This document shows, piece by piece, positions 18,374 to 28,562 of a stretch of DNA of 64,000 nt. The notes beneath the pieces are model-generated. The model did not search any database, had not been told where the DNA came from, and saw only the letters and a list, made by a program, of their open reading frames with translations. The number at the start of each line of letters is the position of its first letter. Within the stretch, counting starts at the first letter, position 1. The position numbers and the translations under genes are program-made. This DNA is from Candidatus Pacearchaeota archaeon. GTDB taxonomy: Archaea; Nanobdellota; Nanobdellia; Pacearchaeales; GW2011-AR1. The DNA lies in NCBI GenBank assembly GCA_041649045.1, contig JBAZNV010000001.1, forward strand, positions 286,728-350,727. Direction: 5' to 3'.

Positions 18374-19784
18374 TTTTCACTGGGTTTTTTTTATAATATT
18401 TAGATAGAGAATCAATATAACCTTTAAGCCAATCAATTCTTATTCCCTTTTTTTCTCCAAAACTCTTATCAAATGGACTTACAACTTTATAAGAAAAATC
18501 TTTTTTTCCTTTCAGAACATCAAGGTTTCTCTTTTGATCCTCAGAATAAACTCTTACTTCTTTATCTCCTCCTTGTTGAATTTCAATAAATCTATCTTCA
18601 GCTTTTCCATCATAAACTGCCGACTGAATAGCCGTGTCGATATAAGATCTTATGGGCTCTATTTTTTCTCTTATTTTACTCACAACATCTCTCATTTGCT
18701 CTTGGTCCTCTCCGCTATAAGTTGAAAGGGTTTCAACGCCGTTAAGATTTCCATGATAAGTCGTAAACTTAAAAGATTCCAAAGCTAAATCAAAAGGGTC
18801 TAAACTGATTCCGGGATGCTTTAAGCCGATTATAAAGTTTACAGCATTAGCGAATCTTTTTAGAAGCTGGCTGGTCCCGGTATTTGACTGTTTTACAAGA
18901 GAGCATATATCTTTTCCCTGACGACTGCAACCGCCACACCTTGAAGGCCACATTTTCTTTTTTAATCCGTCTGAATCTTCTGCACAATAGTCAAGTCCCG
19001 AAGAAAACATACGAATGTAAGCTTCAAGCCATGGTTCTCTTTTCCTGGAAGCTTCACTAATCTTCTGATATGCTTCAATAATTTTGCCTGAAATATCTCT
19101 TACTTCTGCCTGTTCCCTTCCTGTCCTTTGTGCTAAAACCTCTTCATCATCATCTGTTTTTCTGAAGTAATCAAAATCAAAAGTTACCCCAAAACGATTT
19201 AAAAGTGCTCGGTTTATTTGAGAAGTTCCAGCGAAATCTCCATTAACTCGATTTAAATTACATGACGCCATAAATAAATGATAACCATCCTCACCCAATC
19301 TAACACCACGATGTTCTCCTTCGGCCATTCCAAAAAATTCTACTTGAACCTCAGGGATTGCAAGATTTATTTCATCTACTATGTTGCATAATGCCTTTAC
19401 CCTTTCCACAACAGGAACCTTCGACTCATAAAGCATACCCTTTCCCTCGCCTACTTTTGTCTGGTCAATTGTTGTAAAGTATGCGTCTGAACTAAAATCA
19501 TTTCTTGCAACATTCCAGTTTGATTTTCCTCCATTGTCCGCACTTCCGCCAAAATAGCACTTGTGAATATCTCTCATCAACTGGCTTTTCCCGCAACGCG
19601 TGTCTCCAATATTTAGAAAAGAAACTCCCGCTAACACTGCTGCTTTCGGAACATCATAAAAAGGCACTGCAATCAGCTTTTTTTCTCCATTTTTGTCATA
19701 TCCCTCAATCCGCATCGCTTCTCGAGAGCCGACAAATGTAGGCAAGTCCAAATCTTTATACTCTAATTCATTGCTCATTTCCAA
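18363..19784 (-). CDS. MoxR-like AAA+ ATPase
   Basis: Walker A GDTRCGKS, Walker B NIVDEIN, MASCN sensor and RALLNRF; likely start ATG at 19778 after GGAGG; overlaps the target gene start. Confidence 0.75.
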   Translation of the reverse strand: MEMSNELEYKDLDLPTFVGSREAMRIEGYDKNGEKKLIAVPFYDVPKAAVLAGVSFLNIGDTRCGKSQLMRDIHKCYFGGSADNGGKSNWNVARNDFSSDAYFTTIDQTKVGEGKGMLYESKVPVVERVKALCNIVDEINLAIPEVQVEFFGMAEGEHRGVRLGEDGYHLFMASCNLNRVNGDFAGTSQINRALLNRFGVTFDFDYFRKTDDDEEVLAQRTGREQAEVRDISGKIIEAYQKISEASRKREPWLEAYIRMFSSGLDYCAEDSDGLKKKMWPSRCGGCSRQGKDICSLVKQSNTGTSQLLKRFANAVNFIIGLKHPGISLDPFDLALESFKFTTYHGNLNGVETLSTYSGEDQEQMRDVVSKIREKIEPIRSYIDTAIQSAVYDGKAEDRFIEIQQGGDKEVRVYSEDQKRNLDVLKGKKDFSYKVVSPFDKSFGEKKGIRIDWLKGYIDSLSKYYKKNPVKNES

Positions 19785-19917
19785 TTTCCTCCTTCAATAG
19801 CCTATTTAAGCTATATTCTAAAACATGAGATTTGCTTCTATATTTGCCTTCTTCTAAAAGTCTTTCTATCAGCTTAATCTTTTTTTCATCAATTGTTACA
19901 CTTAATTTTTGCTTCAT
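19768..19917 (-). CDS. Ribbon-helix-helix (CopG/Arc-like) regulator, 49 aa, absent from the ORF track
   Basis: Manual translation MKQKLSVTIDEKKIKLIERLLEEGKYRSKSHVLEYSLNRLLKEEIGNEQ; overlaps the AAA gene start. Confidence 0.8.
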   Translation of the reverse strand: MKQKLSVTIDEKKIKLIERLLEEGKYRSKSHVLEYSLNRLLKEEIGNEQ

Positions 19918-20198
19918 TTTGAGTATGTTATATTAATTTATACTACTTTAGAGTGTAAATAGAGCTATTTAAATCTTTTTATTTGCAATTACTATATAGT
20001 TACATAATTGTACTACAAGCAAATATCTTTATTTTATATTTGAAAATTATAATGGAGGTCACACTTACGAGGATTTGGTAAAAGAAATTCAAGAAATGGA
20101 AAAGAATTCTGGCGTAGTCCCGATATTAATGGATTATGCAAGAAAAAGTGTAAAGTAAGCTTTAAAAGCATTGGGCTTCTAATTAAAACATATATTTT

Positions 20199-20269
20199 GA
20201 CCCAGTAGGCTAATGGTAGACCCTCTCGTTTACACCGAGATGGCGGAGGTCCGATTCCTCCCTGGGTCA
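20199..20269 (+). tRNA. tRNA-Val(TAC)
   Basis: Acceptor GACCCAG/CTGGGTC, anticodon stem TCTCG/CGAGA with loop TT-TAC-AC, T stem GGAGG/CCTCC; no encoded CCA. Confidence 0.88.
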
Positions 20270-20305
20270 TGATTAAACAACCAAAAATTGGCTAAAATTT
20301 AAAGA

Positions 20306-21832
20306 TTATTTTATTATATCTTTTTTTCTAAGTAGCTTTTGATAGCTGATGGCGAATCTATGCGCTTCATCTCTGATTGCTTGTACAAGTTGCAGCCCCT
20401 TGTTTTTTTTATCTACAATCAATGGGTTTTTTCTTCCTTCAATATAAATTTCCTCGAATTTTTTCGCAAGACTAATCACTGGAATTTTTATATTAAGTTT
20501 TGTAAGAGAAAATACGGCAGAATTAAGCTGCCCCAATCCTCCATCAACAACTATTAAATCTGGATATTTTAGTTTTTTAGACAAATTTCCTCCATATCTT
20601 CTCTCTATGACCTCTCTCATCGCCGCATAATCATCATTGGCATCAGATAAAATTTTGAACTTCCTGTAATATGATTTGTCCGGCATCCCATCAATAAAAG
20701 TTACCATCGACGCGACAGTATTCGTCCCGACAAGATGTGATATATCAAAACATTCTATCTGCCTTGGCAATTTATCCGCATGTAAAATCTTTTTGAGTTC
20801 CGAAATTCTCTCCTGCCCCGCAAAAAACGTGGCAATTATATTTTGTAAAACCAAATCAAGTAGTTCTTTTTTGTCTCCTTTCTTCGGAAAAAATATTTTT
20901 ACTTTTCTGCCTTTTTTCTTAAAAAAATATTCTTCCATGGATTTATCTATTTTTTTTGGAATAATAATTTCTTTTGGAATCGGCGCGGAATCGTAAAATT
21001 GGATTAAAAAATCCTCGAGAAAATTTTCGTAATAAGCAAAATTATATGATTGTTTTTCTTCTAAAACCCCCTTTCTTATTGAAAAAACTATCAGATAGAC
21101 TTCTCCTCCTGAAATCATGTAGTTTATAACGTTCAAATTTATCATTAAAGTCAATTCCATCAACTGTTTTTCCTTTAGAGTCTTTAAGGCCTCTATCTGA
21201 TTTCTTAAAGTCATCGCGTGTTCATAAAAAGTTTTTTTGGAAGATTCTTTCATTTTAACTTCAAGTTCACTTATTAATTCCTCGACTTTCCCGCTTAATA
21301 TTTTTCTTACCTGATTTATTCTTTCGTAATAAATCGCCTTGTTCATTACTTTTTTTAATTTTGATGAAGGTTTTCTCGTAATTATCCTGAAACTTCTTTG
21401 CAAAACCTCCATGATTAACTTTCTTATTTTACCCGAAACGAAAGGACCGTAATATTCTCCGCCGTCTTTTCTCTCTCTAACTATCTCCACCCAGGGGAAA
21501 TCTCCTTCATGAATTTGTAGGTATGCGTAACGATGAGAATCCTTCAGGTCTAAGTTATATTTGGGAACATTTTTTTTAATGATATTATTTTCCAGAAGCA
21601 AGGCTTCAACCTCGGTTGAAGTAGTAATTGTGTCTACGTCAGAAATTTCTGAAATTAAGGCGAAAGTTTTTGGGTCGTGTTCTTTTTTTTGAAAATAACT
21701 TGCGACTCTTTTCCTGATATTTTTTGCCTTGCCAATATAAATAATCTTGCCGTTGCTATCTTTGAAAAGATAACATCCCGGGCTTCGTGGTAAAAATTTG
21801 ATTTTTTCGACATCCATAATAATTAAGATCAA
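20306..21832 (-). CDS. uvrC: Excinuclease ABC subunit C
   Basis: PGCYLF...YIGKAKNIRKRV (GIY-YIG); IECFDISH; DLIVVDGGLGQL; RDEAHRFA. Confidence 0.93.
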   Translation of the reverse strand: MILIIMDVEKIKFLPRSPGCYLFKDSNGKIIYIGKAKNIRKRVASYFQKKEHDPKTFALISEISDVDTITTSTEVEALLLENNIIKKNVPKYNLDLKDSHRYAYLQIHEGDFPWVEIVRERKDGGEYYGPFVSGKIRKLIMEVLQRSFRIITRKPSSKLKKVMNKAIYYERINQVRKILSGKVEELISELEVKMKESSKKTFYEHAMTLRNQIEALKTLKEKQLMELTLMINLNVINYMISGGEVYLIVFSIRKGVLEEKQSYNFAYYENFLEDFLIQFYDSAPIPKEIIIPKKIDKSMEEYFFKKKGRKVKIFFPKKGDKKELLDLVLQNIIATFFAGQERISELKKILHADKLPRQIECFDISHLVGTNTVASMVTFIDGMPDKSYYRKFKILSDANDDYAAMREVIERRYGGNLSKKLKYPDLIVVDGGLGQLNSAVFSLTKLNIKIPVISLAKKFEEIYIEGRKNPLIVDKKNKGLQLVQAIRDEAHRFAISYQKLLRKKDIIK

Positions 21833-21871
21833 AGTAATAGTTTAAAAAATAACGAATTTTTATAAGTTTCG

Positions 21872-22249
21872 ATGAAAAAAGATTTTAGATGGATTTCGTT
21901 CGTTGTTACAATAGCCGTTGCGATTTTTATTTTTTATATGTCAAGTTTGCCTGCAGAAAAAACTGAAAATCTCGGGCCGACATTTCCATTCAAATCAGTA
22001 ATCTACCATTTTGCAATATTTTTCATATTAGGATTTTTTCTTCTTATTTTTTTAGTCAGAGGCAAAAAGATGGAATATGTTTTTCTCGGAATTTTTATTT
22101 CTCTATTGTATGCAATTTTCGACGAAGTTCATCAATTTTTTGTCCCGGGAAGATGTTGTTCTTTTGGCGACATTTTGACTGATTTCGCAGGAATTTTAGT
22201 AGCAGGCGGAATTTATTTTTGGGAAAGAACCTATGGGATTTGCAAATGA
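21872..22249 (+). CDS. VanZ-like membrane protein
   Basis: YAIFDEVHQFFVPGR...DILTD motif. Confidence 0.85.
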   Translation: MKKDFRWISFVVTIAVAIFIFYMSSLPAEKTENLGPTFPFKSVIYHFAIFFILGFFLLIFLVRGKKMEYVFLGIFISLLYAIFDEVHQFFVPGRCCSFGDILTDFAGILVAGGIYFWERTYGICK

Positions 22250-22361
22250 TTGGCTTTTTGCTTCTATCGGAGATATCCAAGCAAGTCAGCTGATTGTTCA
22301 AGCCGTGCTTCATCCATTTTACGGATGCCCAAATGTTTTAGTTCGGGAAAAAAATTAGTCT

Positions 22362-25151
22362 TTATTTTAACACGTTTTTCAAAAACATTCCGGTGTAACT
22401 CTTCGGATTTTTGGCGACTTCTTCCGGTGTTCCTTCGGCGACGATTTCTCCGCCCGCATCCCCGCCTTCCGGTCCTAAATCTATGATGTGATCTGCAGAC
22501 TTGATGACATCGAGATTATGTTCAATTATTAAAATCGTATTCCCCTTGTTCACGAGATTTTGCAAAACTTCAAGCAATTTATTCACATCGTGGAAATGAA
22601 GTCCGGTAGTTGGTTCGTCCAAGAGATAGATCGTTTTACCTGTTGCTCGTTTCGAGAGTTCTTTTGTTAATTTTATTCTTTGTGCTTCTCCGCCCGAAAG
22701 CGTCGTTGCGCTCTGTCCAACTTTTATGTAGCCCAATCCAACTTCGACAAGAGTGGAAAGTTTTCTATGAATAGATGGGATTGCTTCAAAAATCGAAAGC
22801 GCTTCAAGCACCGTCATGTCCAAAACATCCGCGATAGATTTATTTCTATATTTTATCGAAAGAGTTTCTGCATTAAATCTTTTTCCCTTACATTCTTCGC
22901 ATTCTACATATACGTCAGGCAAAAAATTCATTTCGATTTTTATTGTTCCGTTTCCTTCGCATTTTTCGCATCTCCCGCTCGGAACATTAAAAGAAAATCT
23001 TCCGGCCGAGAAGCCTTTCATTTTTGCATCCTTTGTTGAAGCAAAAAGATTTCTTATGTCATCGAAAACTTTGATATAAGTTGCCGGATTACTTCTTGGA
23101 GTTCTTCCGATTGGGCTCTGGTCTATCACTATGACTTTATCTATTTCCCCATTTATTTCTATCCCTTTATGTTTTCCCGGAGTAACGAGAGACTTGTTTA
23201 TTTTTTTCATAAGCCCCTTGTAAATTATTTCTTCAAGAAGCGTCGACTTTCCAGAACCCGAAACTCCAGTAATGCAAGTTAACACTCCCGTGGGTATTGA
23301 TATGTCAATATTTTTCAAATTATTTTCCTGACATCCTTTGAACACAATTTCTCCTTTCCCGTTTCTTCTTTTTTTAGGAACTGATATTGATAAATTTCCT
23401 GAAAGATATTTTCCTGTCAAAGAATTTTTATTTTTTACAATTTCTTCAGGTGTTCCTTCGGCGACGATTTCTCCGCCTTCAACTCCGGCGCCCGGTCCCA
23501 TATCAACAACATAATCTGCCTTTCTGATTGTATCTTCATCGTGTTCTACCACAACCAAAGTATTGCCCAAATCTCTTAAATGATGCAAAGTCTCTATTAA
23601 TTTTATGTTATCTCTTTGATGCAAACCAATAGACGGTTCATCCAAAATATAAAGTACTCCCATAAGATTTGAACCTATTTGTGTAGCCAACCTAATTCTT
23701 TGTGCTTCTCCGCCCGAAAGCGTCCCTGAATGACGTGAAAGCGTTAAATACCCGAGCCCGACATCAATCAAAAATTTTAATCTTGATTTTATCTCTTTAA
23801 TTATCAAAGCAGCAATTTCGTTTTCTTTTTTTGTAAGATTCAAGTTTTCAAAAAATTCGTAACCTCTCAAAATCGAAAAATCCGACGCATCCGCAATTGA
23901 CTTACCATTTATCATAACAGACAAAATTTTTTTCTTTAATCTTTTGCCCTTGCAAGTCGGACACAAAATCGATTTCATGAACTTTTGCAACTCATCTTTT
24001 CGCCATTGTGATTCCGTCTGTCTGTAAAGTCGATCGGATTGCGGGATTAATCCTTCCCACCCATCCGTTAAATTCATTTTAGCGCCATTTGACCATCTAC
24101 CGGTTATGGATTCAGAAGAACCATAGAGAAGAATATTAAGCTGCTTGGATGTAAATTTTTCAATCGGAGTAAATAAGTCAAATCCGTGTTTCTTCCCAAC
24201 TGTTTGCAATTGTTGTCCTCTCCAACTTAAATCCATTTTGCCATAAAGGGCGATAGCACCATCCATAATGCTTTTCTTTTTGTCTGGAATAACCAAATCG
24301 GGATCAAATTCTATTTTCACCCCTAATCCCTTACATTCTTCGCAAGCTCCAAACGGGCTATTAAAAGAAAACATTCTTGGCTGAAGCTCTTCAAATGTAA
24401 CTCCGCAAATTGGACAGGACATTGCTGAAGAATAAAATTCTTCTCTTTCTTTGCTTTGGACTATAATAAGCCCACCACTTTTTTTTAATCCATTTTCAAC
24501 AGCCTCATTCAACCGAGATTTGTCCGAAATTTCAAAACGATCAATCACAACTTCTATGTCATGTTTTTTGTATCTTTCAAGCACAATTTTTTCATCGGTT
24601 CTGTAAATTTTACCATTTACTCTCACGCGAGAATAACCTTCTTTCCCCAAATCTTTTATCAACTGTTCATAGGTTCCCTTTTTTTGTCTAACTATTGGGG
24701 CATAGATATTCACTTCTCCCGAAATTTTTTTTAAAATGTTTGTTGTAATTTGTTCCGCCGACTGTGCTTCTATTTTTATATTGTGATCCGGGCAATAAGG
24801 AACGCCGATTCTCGCGAATAAAAGTCTTAAATAATCATAAATTTCCGTAACTGTTCCTACTGTGCTCCTTGGATTATTTGAAGTTGTTTTTTGTTCTATA
24901 GAAATCGCGGGGGAAAGTCCTTCAATTGAATCTACATCGGGCTTGCTCATTAGCCCAAGGAACTGTCTTGCATAAGCACTTAAAGATTCTACATACCTTC
25001 GTTGACCTTCTGCATAAAGAGTATCAAAGGCAAGTGTCGACTTTCCAGAACCTGACAATCCTGTTATCACTATGAATTTATCCCTTGGCAAATCAACATT
25101 AATATTTTTAAGATTGTGTTCCCGCGCTCCTCGAATTTTTATATCTTTCAT
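22362..25151 (-). CDS. uvrA: Excinuclease ABC subunit A
   Basis: [10 protein letters not shown]; two Walker A motifs (GSGKST); two LSGGEAQRI signatures; Zn-finger Cys pairs. Confidence 0.97.
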   Translation of the reverse strand: MKDIKIRGAREHNLKNINVDLPRDKFIVITGLSGSGKSTLAFDTLYAEGQRRYVESLSAYARQFLGLMSKPDVDSIEGLSPAISIEQKTTSNNPRSTVGTVTEIYDYLRLLFARIGVPYCPDHNIKIEAQSAEQITTNILKKISGEVNIYAPIVRQKKGTYEQLIKDLGKEGYSRVRVNGKIYRTDEKIVLERYKKHDIEVVIDRFEISDKSRLNEAVENGLKKSGGLIIVQSKEREEFYSSAMSCPICGVTFEELQPRMFSFNSPFGACEECKGLGVKIEFDPDLVIPDKKKSIMDGAIALYGKMDLSWRGQQLQTVGKKHGFDLFTPIEKFTSKQLNILLYGSSESITGRWSNGAKMNLTDGWEGLIPQSDRLYRQTESQWRKDELQKFMKSILCPTCKGKRLKKKILSVMINGKSIADASDFSILRGYEFFENLNLTKKENEIAALIIKEIKSRLKFLIDVGLGYLTLSRHSGTLSGGEAQRIRLATQIGSNLMGVLYILDEPSIGLHQRDNIKLIETLHHLRDLGNTLVVVEHDEDTIRKADYVVDMGPGAGVEGGEIVAEGTPEEIVKNKNSLTGKYLSGNLSISVPKKRRNGKGEIVFKGCQENNLKNIDISIPTGVLTCITGVSGSGKSTLLEEIIYKGLMKKINKSLVTPGKHKGIEINGEIDKVIVIDQSPIGRTPRSNPATYIKVFDDIRNLFASTKDAKMKGFSAGRFSFNVPSGRCEKCEGNGTIKIEMNFLPDVYVECEECKGKRFNAETLSIKYRNKSIADVLDMTVLEALSIFEAIPSIHRKLSTLVEVGLGYIKVGQSATTLSGGEAQRIKLTKELSKRATGKTIYLLDEPTTGLHFHDVNKLLEVLQNLVNKGNTILIIEHNLDVIKSADHIIDLGPEGGDAGGEIVAEGTPEEVAKNPKSYTGMFLKNVLK

Positions 25152-25311
25152 GAATAGAATATCAGTAAAAATATCATCAACTTATAAATATTTCCAGTCA
25201 TTAAAGTGTTGTACGAAAGCATACAACATTAGTTGTTATTGTCCAATAACAAACTTTATATATTCATTCATTCTTAATATTATAATAATCTGTAGTATTT
25301 TAAAAGACAAA

Positions 25312-26763
25312 ATGAAATTACCAAGTATAAAATTTGCAAAAACTATCGGCTCGCATATAGAAAAACAAATAAAAGATAGCTTTGGAAGTGTCCCTTGCGA
25401 ATTCAATCATATTCCGAATGGTCATCTAAACGCACCAAAATCACCTTCGGCTATTTTCGTTGATGGGAAAAATTTGGATATGATGGCCAATATAAGAAAA
25501 CAATCTCCAGATACTCAACTTATTGCAGTCTATGAAAATGCTCCATATGAATCCTTGGTTGAAGCATATGAAAAAGGATTAATTAATCAAAGTGTTAGAA
25601 AGCAGAACGGACAATTGGATGAATCACAGCTGGCAAAAGTAGTTGACCATATCAGGGCCTCTTCGTCTTTTTACTCTGATTTAAGCATAGGGATTATCGG
25701 GTACAAAACTCTTGGTCCAAGCACGGCTCAGAGAATTATCGGGAATCCACATATTGAAAATGTGCGTATATATTCAGATTTTCATAGAAGAGGAAAAGTA
25801 GAAGGTTACGACGAGTTAAGGGCTATTGATCTTGACGTTAAAGGGGAACCTGTATATTGTCATTCTATAGAAGATGTTCTCGAACCTTCAGATATAGTAA
25901 TTGTAAGCAGGGGTGACCCTCGTGTCGATTATAATGCACATAAAAGAAATGGCAGAAATCATCCTGAAACAGTCAAAGATGAATTTGATAATGTAGCACC
26001 AATAGTCATGCCTGTTATTGAAATTGCAAAAAGTGTGAAATTTAATGGCGCTTTTATGGTTGAAACTAACCCCGGGGCAATTTTAGATTTATTCTATTAC
26101 TCAGGATTCCCCCGAACATCAATTTTACAGGTTCAAAATGACACGTTGCGATTTAAAAATTATCTGGCTCAAGAAGTAAAAGAATTAAGAAACTCGATGG
26201 TCCGGGAAATATTCGGGGGAAGAAGGTTGCGTCCTCATTCTTCAGATTTTGAAAATGTTTTCATAATTGGTCCTCATGAAAATCCAAGTGGTGTGCTTTT
26301 TGATCAAATAACCTTGTATAACCAACCCCTTCTGGAATTAATTCCTGCGCTAAAAGATTCTGATTTGCAAACTATAATTATGGAAAATTTTAGAAGAATA
26401 CCTCCACGGATAATGGCTTCAAGCCAAACCATTGGTTTCCCATATCCCGGGACTCCATCCCAGATAGCCGATACGATATATAGAATTGCGCATTTTCAAG
26501 AATTGCCAAATGCTTTAACTGTTTTTGTAGACAGATATGGAACTTTTTTAGATTGGCAAGGAGAAATCAGATATGAACAAAAAGGAGAGAAGCATGTAAT
26601 AAGAGCTAATACGTCAACAAATTTTAGACCGAGAATTCCTAAAAATATTAATGAACAACTCGCAACCGAAGCCGAGCAAAGAAAAGAGTTAATTTTATCT
26701 TCTCAGAAAGTGCCACGAAGAATTAAACAAAAAATTAGAAAAGACTGTGAGGTATGCTCATGA
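25312..26763 (+). CDS. Divergent lactate/malate dehydrogenase-fold protein with a receiver-like N-terminal domain
   Basis: [28 protein letters not shown] and FIIGPHE resemble LDH/MDH motifs; start moved to ATG 25312 to avoid overlap with uvrA. Confidence 0.55.
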   Translation: MKLPSIKFAKTIGSHIEKQIKDSFGSVPCEFNHIPNGHLNAPKSPSAIFVDGKNLDMMANIRKQSPDTQLIAVYENAPYESLVEAYEKGLINQSVRKQNGQLDESQLAKVVDHIRASSSFYSDLSIGIIGYKTLGPSTAQRIIGNPHIENVRIYSDFHRRGKVEGYDELRAIDLDVKGEPVYCHSIEDVLEPSDIVIVSRGDPRVDYNAHKRNGRNHPETVKDEFDNVAPIVMPVIEIAKSVKFNGAFMVETNPGAILDLFYYSGFPRTSILQVQNDTLRFKNYLAQEVKELRNSMVREIFGGRRLRPHSSDFENVFIIGPHENPSGVLFDQITLYNQPLLELIPALKDSDLQTIIMENFRRIPPRIMASSQTIGFPYPGTPSQIADTIYRIAHFQELPNALTVFVDRYGTFLDWQGEIRYEQKGEKHVIRANTSTNFRPRIPKNINEQLATEAEQRKELILSSQKVPRRIKQKIRKDCEVCS

Positions 26764-27551
26764 CAGCAGACAAACTAACTGAAGTATTAGAAAGCGTCGG
26801 CATGAACAAAAGTGAAATAAAAATTTATGTCGATTTGGTAAAAAATAAAAAATCTTCTGCTCTTGATATCTCAAAAAGAACAACAATACATCGTTCAAAC
26901 ACATATGATATTTTAAGAAACTTAATCGAGAAAGGGTTTGTGAAAGAATCTACTCAGAACAATAGAAAACTTTTTATCCCAATGGAACCTGAAAAAATAA
27001 AAGACTATCTCCGTCAAAAAGAAAAAGAAATCGACTTGATTATTGAACACCTAAACCAATTCTCTGAACAAAATAACGAAGAAGAAACTGTCACTATCAC
27101 AAGAGGCCAATTTGCAGCCCGAGAAGCTTTAGTGGATTTGATGAAAAAAAATTGTACAATAAATATATACGGAGCATCTAATGAAGCGGTCCAAACTTTT
27201 GGCGAAGGATTTATGGAAGAATACCATAAAAAAAGAGCGAGAAAAAAAATTTTGATGAGACACATATACAACATGGATGCGGTAGCAAGAATAGAATATC
27301 TTAATAAATTAAAATTTACGGAAGCAAGGGCACTTTCTAAAAAATATGACACGCATGTTTCCACGGTAATTTGCGGCGATTTGGTATATATAATAATTTT
27401 TGTAAATCCCATCTCGATAATCACCATAAAAAATAAAGAAATCGCTGACACTTATAATAAATACTTTGAACTTCTATGGGCAAAGGCCATTATTCCTTCA
27501 GCCAAAAAAACTCTTGGAAAACCAGCAGAAGAAATCAGTGAAATGATTTAA
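26754..27551 (+). CDS. TrmB-family transcriptional regulator
   Basis: [14 protein letters not shown]...[18 protein letters not shown] wHTH; C-terminal [13 protein letters not shown]. Confidence 0.88.
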   Translation: MLMTADKLTEVLESVGMNKSEIKIYVDLVKNKKSSALDISKRTTIHRSNTYDILRNLIEKGFVKESTQNNRKLFIPMEPEKIKDYLRQKEKEIDLIIEHLNQFSEQNNEEETVTITRGQFAAREALVDLMKKNCTINIYGASNEAVQTFGEGFMEEYHKKRARKKILMRHIYNMDAVARIEYLNKLKFTEARALSKKYDTHVSTVICGDLVYIIIFVNPISIITIKNKEIADTYNKYFELLWAKAIIPSAKKTLGKPAEEISEMI

Positions 27552-27650
27552 TAGTCTAAATTTGTGTTTTCTCGTCGGAAAAATAAAAAATCCTAAGTTG
27601 TCTGTGCCGCTACTACATTTCCTTTTATAAGATATTTTGTATAACTTAAT

Positions 27651-28004
27651 ATGAAAGAAAAAAGTTTATGCATAAGCTGTTTTGAACCAATTACCAATCC
27701 GATTTGCGAATGGTGTTATCTAAAACAAATTTCAAGATGGTTTGAATACAAAGGTCTAAATGATATAAAAAAAAATTTGATAATATCAAACCTAAAAAAA
27801 GCTTTTTCCAAAGAAATTTCTGCAGATGACACTTGTGTACTTTGCCAGAAAGAAGAAGTGAAAATTTGTTCTTATTGTTTTTTTGTGAAGATTGTGAAAG
27901 TAATGAAAAAAATTAAATTATCCAACGAATTAATCCAGTCTTTTCTGGCTGATTTTAATTATCACGTCGGGAGAGAAGAGGAATTTATGTCTTTAATTAA
28001 ATAA
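27651..28004 (+). CDS. Cys-rich, probably Zn-binding hypothetical protein
   Basis: Four CxxC pairs (CISC, CEWC, CVLC, CSYC). Confidence 0.7.
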   Translation: MKEKSLCISCFEPITNPICEWCYLKQISRWFEYKGLNDIKKNLIISNLKKAFSKEISADDTCVLCQKEEVKICSYCFFVKIVKVMKKIKLSNELIQSFLADFNYHVGREEEFMSLIK

Positions 28005-28014
28005 GGAGGTAAAA

Positions 28015-28101
28015 ATGAAAGATGATATTTTATTCCAGGGATCATATGTCATTTTAGAAGAAGATGACTTTTGGGTAGATGAAGTGGATGATGATAATTA
28101 A
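28015..28101 (+). CDS. 28-aa acidic microprotein
   Basis: Strong AAGGAGGT RBS just upstream; MKDDILFQGSYVILEEDDFWVDEVDDDN. Confidence 0.5.
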   Translation: MKDDILFQGSYVILEEDDFWVDEVDDDN

Positions 28102-28115
28102 TGATTCCAATGTGA

Positions 28116-28562
28116 TTATCTTAAAACTATTTTCTTTATTTTTTCTTTAATAATATATATTTTAATCAAAAACATTATTTCTATAGAAATGCTAAAAATA
28201 ATCAAGAAATCTCCGATTGAAAAAATAAAACTTGATAACTGAAATATATCTGCAAGATAGCAATATTTTACCTCACTACATTCGCTAAAACTAAAATGTC
28301 TTTCATATTCAAATTCAAAATTTTGGAATAAAACAGGCATCTTGCCCCCATTCTCCGACACGACTACAAAATTTAAACACATGCCAAGTATGAAAAAAAT
28401 TAGTATAAAAATAAAAATTGATAAATTTTTTATTTGTTTGCTCAAAAGCTGGAATTCATGATTTTTCATAAAAATAAAAAATAAAAAATTCTGATTTTTA
28501 GATATTACTGGCATTCCCGCTAATAAATTCTTCGCCAACCGAGATATCCGGCCTTTGTTCAA
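28116..28562 (-). CDS. DUF5317-like membrane protein
   Basis: LNFVVVSENGGKMPV...LADIF...FSIGDFLI; true start is probably downstream of 28562. Confidence 0.7.
   Translation of the reverse strand: MNKGRISRLAKNLLAGMPVISKNQNFLFFIFMKNHEFQLLSKQIKNLSIFIFILIFFILGMCLNFVVVSENGGKMPVLFQNFEFEYERHFSFSECSEVKYCYLADIFQLSSFIFSIGDFLIIFSISIEIMFLIKIYIIKEKIKKIVLR

Larger units (their letters stand above)
16189..19917 (-). mobile_element. Diversity-generating retroelement locus (RHH, AAA ATPase, target/VR, TR, RT)
   Basis: DGR-type RT; TR/VR pair with adenine-only mismatches; GAA-loop hairpin 3' of the VR. Confidence 0.95.

Noticed and set aside
20034..20270. 78-aa minus-strand ORF
   Set aside because: It is antisense to tRNA-Val and is a shadow ORF.
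25072..25311. N-terminal 80 aa of the 563-aa ORF
   Set aside because: It overlaps the uvrA start and the divergent promoter region; ATG 25312 is more plausible.
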